From: Gemmatimonadales bacterium
GTDB taxonomy: Bacteria; Gemmatimonadota; Gemmatimonadetes; Gemmatimonadales; GWC2-71-9
Direction of reading: 5' to 3'
DNA: 31,498 bases
Assembly: GCA_038321865.1 (NCBI GenBank)
Contig: JBBQFH010000033.1
Coordinates: forward strand, 1 to 31,498
Numbering within the stretch: position 1 is the stretch's first letter; each line of letters begins with the position of its first letter. Under the pieces are notes generated by a model, which worked only from the letters and a program-made list of their open reading frames with translations, was not told the DNA's origin and searched no databases. Positions 26,188-31,498 of the stretch are shown here, in pieces. The position numbers were made by a program, and so were the translations under genes.

Positions 26188-26904
26188 ATGCGATCTGTAC
26201 AGTTTCGCACCCGTGTCCTGCCGGCGGCGCTCGTCCTGGCCATCGGCGTCTCGGGCCTCGCCCTGGCGTCCGATCACCAGGATACGCCCGAAGTCGAGCT
26301 CAACCCTTCCATGGACATGACCGACGTCTATGCCTTCCCGGGCTCGCAGCCGGGTCGCATCGCGCTCGTCATGATGAGCCACCCGTTCCTCACGCCTGCC
26401 GCGGCCGCCGGCGCGAGCTTCGATCCCAACCTGCTCTATCAGTTCAAGATCGACACCGATGGTGACGCCAAGGAGGACAAGGTCATCCAGGTGACCTTCT
26501 CCGGCACCGGCGTGGACCAGACGGTCAACGTTCGCGGTCCGGTGGCCCCGGTAGTCGTGGGCGCCATGGAGAACCAGATCGTCAGCGGCAACACCACCGT
26601 CTCCGGCAAGATCAACACGACGCTCGGCTCGGCGACCAAGATGCAGGTCTTCGCCGGCCCGCGGGACGACCCGTTCTTCCTCGATCTCGAGCAGTTCTTC
26701 CGGATCCTGCCGGACAGGAAGCCGGCCACCGGCGACCTCTCGATGCTGCCGTCCACCCCGACCGCCAGCGCCTTCCGGCCGGCCGGCTCGGCCGTGGACT
26801 ACCTCGCCGGCTTCAACGGGCTCGCCCTCGTCATCGAGGTACCCGTCGCCGACCTGAGCGCGAGCAGCGCCAAGCTGGGCATCTGGGGCACCATCAGCCG
26901 CTGA
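26188..26904 (+). CDS. DUF4331 family secreted protein
   Basis: GGAG upstream; signal peptide, then 'ASDHQD.P', 'DMTDVYAF', 'YQFKIDTDGD', 'VFAGPRDDPFFLDL', 'AGFN..ALVIEVP'. Confidence 0.85.
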   Translation: MRSVQFRTRVLPAALVLAIGVSGLALASDHQDTPEVELNPSMDMTDVYAFPGSQPGRIALVMMSHPFLTPAAAAGASFDPNLLYQFKIDTDGDAKEDKVIQVTFSGTGVDQTVNVRGPVAPVVVGAMENQIVSGNTTVSGKINTTLGSATKMQVFAGPRDDPFFLDLEQFFRILPDRKPATGDLSMLPSTPTASAFRPAGSAVDYLAGFNGLALVIEVPVADLSASSAKLGIWGTISR

Positions 26905-26953
26905 TCGTCGACCGTCACCGTCAATCGGTCCCCGCGGGGACCCGGAGTCTTTC

Positions 26954-27481
26954 ATGTACGCACGTATGCTCGGGCTCGCGATCACCGCGATCGCCCTCAC
27001 CATCGCCGGCTGCAGCGGCGACTCGACCGGCCCCTCCGGGGGGCGGATGTACAACCAGGTCCAGCGGCTGGGCAACCCGCTGGTAAGCGAGGTCTTCCTC
27101 GCCAAGCGGAACCACCCGCTGCACGGCACCATCGGACCCGATCGCGACGTCGAGCTGCTGACGGCCGAGCTCAAGAACTTCGTGGCCACCGTCGCCGGCC
27201 GGAATGCCACGGTGCAGAACACCCTGGCCGCGGTACTGCTGCCGGACATGCTGATCGTGCAGCCCAACAAGGACCCGGCGACCGCCGGTTGGCTCTCGTG
27301 GGCGCTGGCCGATGGCTACGGCGGCCGCAAGCTGAGCGATGACGTCGTGGACGCCGGCCTCCAGGCAACCTTCGGCGCGCTGCTGGATCCCAGCAACACG
27401 TCGCCTGGGCTCTCGACCGACAACGTGGCCAGCGACTCGCCGTTCATCACCACGTTCCCCTACGTCGCACCGCGGAACTGA
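26954..27481 (+). CDS. DUF4331 family lipoprotein (C-terminal-type half)
   Basis: Lipobox IAGC; 'QVQRLGNPLVSEVF', 'LLPDML', 'GGRKLSDDVVD', 'FPYVAP'. Confidence 0.85.
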   Translation: MYARMLGLAITAIALTIAGCSGDSTGPSGGRMYNQVQRLGNPLVSEVFLAKRNHPLHGTIGPDRDVELLTAELKNFVATVAGRNATVQNTLAAVLLPDMLIVQPNKDPATAGWLSWALADGYGGRKLSDDVVDAGLQATFGALLDPSNTSPGLSTDNVASDSPFITTFPYVAPRN

Positions 27482-27532
27482 CCCTCACCGCCGGGCCGGT
27501 GGCAGTCGCCACCGGTTCCGGCCGGAGTCTGC

Positions 27533-28849
27533 ATGAAGCGCTACCCCGTCATCGCACTCGTCGCCCTGGTCCTCGCCGTCACCCTCGGCCTGAATGCCAG
27601 GGCATCCACCCGGGACCGCTCGACCCGCGCCCTCAGGGCCGCGGCCGCGGCGCGGGAAGAAGCCCGGATTCGCGATGCGGACATCGATTTCTACCTGGCG
27701 CGCGCTGAGCGGGACACCGCGAGCGCCGGCGACCGGGCGCAGCTTGCCGGCCTCTATCTGCAGCGCGCCCGTGCCACCGGCAGCAACGACGATCTGCTGC
27801 GCGCCGAGCAGGCGGCGCGCGCCTCCATCGCGCTCCGCACCGCCCACAACGGCAAGGCGCCGATGGCGCTGACGTCGGCCCTCATGGGGCAACACCGTTT
27901 CGCCGAGGCGCACGCCGTCGCCGCGGCGCTGCTGGCATCGGACCCGGCGCGCGTGGCGTACCGCGCGCTGGTCGCCGAGATCGCGATGGAGCTGGGACGC
28001 TATGACGAGGCGGGCAAGCTGTACACCGGGCTGACCTCGTCGCGCACCGACCTGGGCGTGGCGCCGCGTCTCTCCCGCTGGGCCGAGCTGCATGGGCGGC
28101 TCGACGAGGCACACGCGCTGATCGTCAACGCGCGCGACTCCGCCCTGAGCCGGGCGGCGATGCCCACCGAGCAGGTGGCGTGGTTCCATCTCCGGGTGGG
28201 TGACCTGGCCCAGCGGAACGGCCACCTGGCCGAGGCGGACCGCGAGTTCAGGGCCGGGCTCGAGGTGGCGCCGGACGACTACCGGCTGCTGGGCGCCACC
28301 GCGCGGCTGGCGGCCGACCGCCACGACTGGCCCGCCGCCATCGAGGCCGGCGAGCGCGCGATTTCCATCTCGCTCGACCCCATCACCCTCGGCACCGTCG
28401 GCGAGGCCTATGCCGCCCAGGGCGACTCGGCGCGCGCCGAGGAGTACTTCCGCACCATGGAGGTGGCGGTGAGCCGCCAGGCGGGAGCGTTCCATCGGGC
28501 CTGGAGCCTCTTCCTGCTGGACCACGATCGCCGGGTGCCGGAGGTGCTCGCGCGGGTGCGCGCCGAGATCGTCGAGCGGCCCGACGTGTACGGGTACGAC
28601 CTGCTGGGGTGGGCGCTGTACAAGGCGGGGCGTCCGGCCGAGGCGATGGCGGCGGCGCGGCAGGCGCTGGCACTCGGCTCGAAGGACCCGCTGCTCCTCT
28701 TCCACGCCGGGATGATCGCGCGGGCGGCGGGTGACAGCGCGTCGGCGATCGGCCGGCTCAACCAGGCGCTCGAGTTCAACCCGGCGTTCGACCCCATCCA
28801 TCCTGCCGAGGCGCGGGCGACGGTGGCCGCGCTCCGGGACGGGCTGTAG
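27533..28849 (+). CDS. TPR-repeat protein with N-terminal signal/anchor
   Basis: Ala-rich TPR helices, 'YLQRARATG', 'RPDVYGYDLLGWALY', 'ALEFNPAFDP'. Confidence 0.85.
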   Translation: MKRYPVIALVALVLAVTLGLNARASTRDRSTRALRAAAAAREEARIRDADIDFYLARAERDTASAGDRAQLAGLYLQRARATGSNDDLLRAEQAARASIALRTAHNGKAPMALTSALMGQHRFAEAHAVAAALLASDPARVAYRALVAEIAMELGRYDEAGKLYTGLTSSRTDLGVAPRLSRWAELHGRLDEAHALIVNARDSALSRAAMPTEQVAWFHLRVGDLAQRNGHLAEADREFRAGLEVAPDDYRLLGATARLAADRHDWPAAIEAGERAISISLDPITLGTVGEAYAAQGDSARAEEYFRTMEVAVSRQAGAFHRAWSLFLLDHDRRVPEVLARVRAEIVERPDVYGYDLLGWALYKAGRPAEAMAAARQALALGSKDPLLLFHAGMIARAAGDSASAIGRLNQALEFNPAFDPIHPAEARATVAALRDGL

Positions 28850-28852
28850 CCA

Positions 28853-29425
28853 GTGGGTGACCTGCTGACGTTCATCGGCCTGGGCTTCCACCACATCGTG
28901 GACCTCGACGCGGCGGACCACATCCTGTTCCTGGTGGTGCTGGCGGCGATCTACCGCCTGCGGGACTGGCGGGAGAGTATCCGCGTGATCACGGCGTTCA
29001 CCATCGGGCACTCTCTCACGCTGGTGCTGGCGGTGACCGGCGTCCTGCGGCTGCCGACGTCGCTGATCGAGTTCCTCATCCCGCTCACGATCATCGCGAC
29101 CGGCGTCGAGAACATCATCGTGCGGCGGCGGGAGGGAGACCGGTGGCAGGCGCGGCTCCGGCCGCTCTTTGCGGGAACGTTCGGGCTGGTGCACGGGGCG
29201 GGGTTCGCCAACTACCTGCAGAGTCTCTTCGGCACCCACATCGCGCTGCCGCTCTTCGGCTTCAACGTCGGGATCGAGCTGGGCCAGGTCACGGTGCTGG
29301 CGGTGGTGGCGGTGGTGCTCACCGGAGTGGACCGGCTGGTGGCGCACCGGGTCCGGGTCATCGGCGTCTCGGCCGCGGCGGTGATCGTGGCGGCGATGAT
29401 GGCGGTGGAGCGGCGGCCGTGGTAG
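28853..29425 (+). CDS. HupE/UreJ family membrane protein
   Basis: 'GFHHI...DHILF', 'TAFTIGHSLTL', 'FGLVHGAGFA', 'FNVGIELGQ'. Confidence 0.9.
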   Translation: MGDLLTFIGLGFHHIVDLDAADHILFLVVLAAIYRLRDWRESIRVITAFTIGHSLTLVLAVTGVLRLPTSLIEFLIPLTIIATGVENIIVRRREGDRWQARLRPLFAGTFGLVHGAGFANYLQSLFGTHIALPLFGFNVGIELGQVTVLAVVAVVLTGVDRLVAHRVRVIGVSAAAVIVAAMMAVERRPW

Positions 29426-29865
29426 CGCCGCGCATCGCGGGCGCGCTGGCCGGGGTGTTCCTCCTCACCGGCGCCGGTTTCCATCCGATGCACACCAGCT
29501 CGGCCGAGCTGACGTACGCCCGCGGCGGGACCGGTGCGGTGGTCACCGTGCGGGTCTTTACCGACGATTTTGCGTCGCTCGGCGGGACCGATCCCGAGCG
29601 CGCCGGCCGGGTGCGGGATGCGATTCGGCTCACCGCGCGTGGCGGGGCTCCGGTGGCGCTGCAGCTCCGATCGGCGCGGCGGGTGGAGGATGTGGTGGAG
29701 CTGACGCTCGTCGCGGCGCCGGTGGCGCTGGCCGGCGGGCGGCTCCGGGACGAGGTGCTGTTCGGGCGGTACGGGGATCAGATCAACATCGTGCGGGTGA
29801 CGGTGGATGGGCGGACGTCGACGATGTTGTTTACTAGGGGGTCGGGGGGGAAGGGGTTGCCGTAG
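29419..29865 (+). CDS. DUF6702-like secreted protein
   Basis: GTG 29419 overlaps the hupE/ureJ stop; signal peptide, then 'HPMHTSSAEL', 'VRVFTDDF', 'LF..Y.DQINIVRV'. Confidence 0.75.
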   Translation: MVAPRIAGALAGVFLLTGAGFHPMHTSSAELTYARGGTGAVVTVRVFTDDFASLGGTDPERAGRVRDAIRLTARGGAPVALQLRSARRVEDVVELTLVAAPVALAGGRLRDEVLFGRYGDQINIVRVTVDGRTSTMLFTRGSGGKGLP

Positions 29866-30009
29866 GGAAATCATGGGAGTGGCGCGGCGGGTTGAAGCAC
29901 TCGCGGCTGCCGCCCCTCGGCCGTCGCGGTCTGGACAGCTACTAACTCAGGTCAGACGCGATCGCTCGGCCGCCACGATCGGCCAACAGCACTAGGCGCT
30001 CCGGAATCG

Positions 30010-30741
30010 CTAAGCCCAATCTGCATCAATACGTCTTAGGTCCCCGCTCCGGAACCAACTTACGGCAGTGTCAAAACTCGACGTCCAACACAAGCTGTCC
30101 AAGGGTGCGACTGGCTGATATTTCAGTATGCACTTCGAATCCGCTGGATCGGGCAACAGCCAGGCGGCAACAGTGTAGACGAAAACTCCCCAATTACCGC
30201 GGGAGGGTCCCAATGACACCGCCAAAAGGTCAAATTCGCCGAAACGATAAGGCCGGGTACTCTCCCCGGACTTCTCGCCCTTACGACTCTTTTGGACCTC
30301 CACGACGAAATAATTAGCCGGCCATTTCACCGACGTTTTCCAGACCTGACTCGCGAGCAAGGGGACTTTTTTTGATGAGCGTTGCATCTTCACTTGCAGA
30401 CGAACTCTTGAATCGGCAGAGGAAGCCGCATGCTCGACGTCATCCGTCAACAGGAAGTCAAATGGGGGATCACCGGATGGGAGGTCGACTTGTCGCCACC
30501 GCCCTTCCAAACTAGGAAGAACGTCGGACGCAAACGCAGCCTCAGCGAAAATGCCTCGGACCATACGAACGGTAAAATCGCCGGCCCGGGCGAATGCCTC
30601 AAGCATTCCCTCAGCCGAAATCATCATTTGCTCTTCAACCGCGTGTCGGGGAAGCAGCTGCCGGACGTATGTGGCGACTTGACGGCGCTCGGCTTCCGTC
30701 ATCGTATCCAATAGTGCCCGGACTTGGTCAACTCGACTCAT
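30010..30741 (-). CDS. Putative type II restriction endonuclease, PD-(D/E)xK-like
   Basis: 'RGIFAE', 'PPFDFLL', 'RLQVKMQR', 'FDLLAV'; divergent from a DNA methyltransferase; lower GC than the flanking genes. Confidence 0.65.
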   Translation of the reverse strand: MSRVDQVRALLDTMTEAERRQVATYVRQLLPRHAVEEQMMISAEGMLEAFARAGDFTVRMVRGIFAEAAFASDVLPSLEGRWRQVDLPSGDPPFDFLLTDDVEHAASSADSRVRLQVKMQRSSKKVPLLASQVWKTSVKWPANYFVVEVQKSRKGEKSGESTRPYRFGEFDLLAVSLGPSRGNWGVFVYTVAAWLLPDPADSKCILKYQPVAPLDSLCWTSSFDTAVSWFRSGDLRRIDADWA

Positions 30742-30923
30742 CGCTCTGCCTCGCCGGAGTTAGCGCTGCTTTCACGCGCCCTAAACCCATAGCTTCTTGC
30801 GTCACCTACCTCAGACCGAACGGCACTTCTCAGGTTCGCTGATTGCGTAAAAAAGGTAACGCTAACCGCGACAAATCGACTACCTTTCGGGTGTCCCCTG
30901 CTGGCCCTCGAATTGGATCGCCT

Positions 30924-31498
30924 ATGTCACAGCCAACACTCGCGTTTCGGGATGACCCTCACCCGGCGGCGCTAATACCCGACCTTGCTGCGTTCTATCG
31001 AACGGAGTTGGGAGCTGCGTACCTATCGGACTCCAGAGACATTCTTCGAGCGTTGCCCGATCGATCCGTAAACATGGTTTTTACTTCACCTCCATATGCA
31101 CTCCACTTTAAGAAAGAGTACGGCAACGTTCATAAGGACGACTACGTCGATTGGCTCCTGCCATTCGCACATGATATTCTCCGCATCCTAACCGACGACG
31201 GAAGCTTCGTTTTGAACATCGGTGGAAGCTATAACAAGGGATTGCCAACACGATCGACGTACCACTACAAGGTGCTACTCGCGCTTGTCGAGGAAGTCGG
31301 CTTCCACCTGGCGCAGGAGTTCTTCTGGTACAACCCTGCAAAGATGCCAATGCCAGCGGAATGGGTCACCGTTCGCCGCATTCGGGTGAAAGACTCTGTC
31401 GAGTATGTCTGGTGGTTCTCGAAGACACCGTGGCCTAAGGCTAACAATCGTCATGTGCTAAAACCGTACAGCGCCGACATGATCCGACTGAATCGACG
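30924..31498 (+). CDS. Site-specific DNA methyltransferase, N4-cytosine/N6-adenine beta class, M.PvuII-like (3' truncated by window edge)
   Basis: Own translation from ATG 30924: ...[39 protein letters not shown]...[10 protein letters not shown]...[41 protein letters not shown]... SPPY motif IV comes first; open to the window end and absent from the supplied ORF track. Confidence 0.9.
   Translation, partial: MSQPTLAFRDDPHPAALIPDLAAFYRTELGAAYLSDSRDILRALPDRSVNMVFTSPPYALHFKKEYGNVHKDDYVDWLLPFAHDILRILTDDGSFVLNIGGSYNKGLPTRSTYHYKVLLALVEEVGFHLAQEFFWYNPAKMPMPAEWVTVRRIRVKDSVEYVWWFSKTPWPKANNRHVLKPYSADMIRLNR

Noticed and set aside
27485..29347. 620-aa minus-strand ORF
   Set aside because: Antisense shadow of the TPR and HupE/UreJ genes.
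30742..30923. Controller (C) protein gene of the R-M system
   Set aside because: The gap holds only a ~26-codon ORF without an HTH pattern.
1..31498. tRNA, rRNA, integrase, transposase or known riboswitch
   Set aside because: None recognisable by eye; an Rfam/tRNAscan search would be needed to exclude small RNAs.

Overview
GC-rich bacterial DNA. The gene content (type IV pilin tail, repeated 'ERELGxGGMATV.LAHDLxHDRxVA' Ser/Thr kinases) is typical of Gemmatimonadota; this is an inference. From left to right: 3' end of a type IV pilin gene with a terminator; small NTF2, DinB, cupin and secreted-protein genes; an ~18 kb minus-strand region with five membrane-anchored Hanks-type Ser/Thr kinases (three kinase-TM-TolB_N-like-TPR, two kinase-TM-beta-propeller) interleaved with hydrolase genes; several lipoprotein, cupredoxin and membrane-protein genes; a ~440 bp degenerate 21-bp-period array upstream of a sigma54-like promoter and an uncharacterised all-helical protein gene; a DUF4331-DUF4331-TPR-HupE/UreJ-DUF6702 operon; and a lower-GC divergent restriction endonuclease / N4-cytosine methyltransferase pair at the right edge. 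Most notable: (i) the phased 21-bp array + sigma54 promoter + helical-protein module, (ii) two kinase paralogs that apparently must initiate at a conserved CTG codon, (iii) one kinase that looks like a recombinant of the other two TPR kinases. Family assignments come from motif recognition by eye; no database searches were run.
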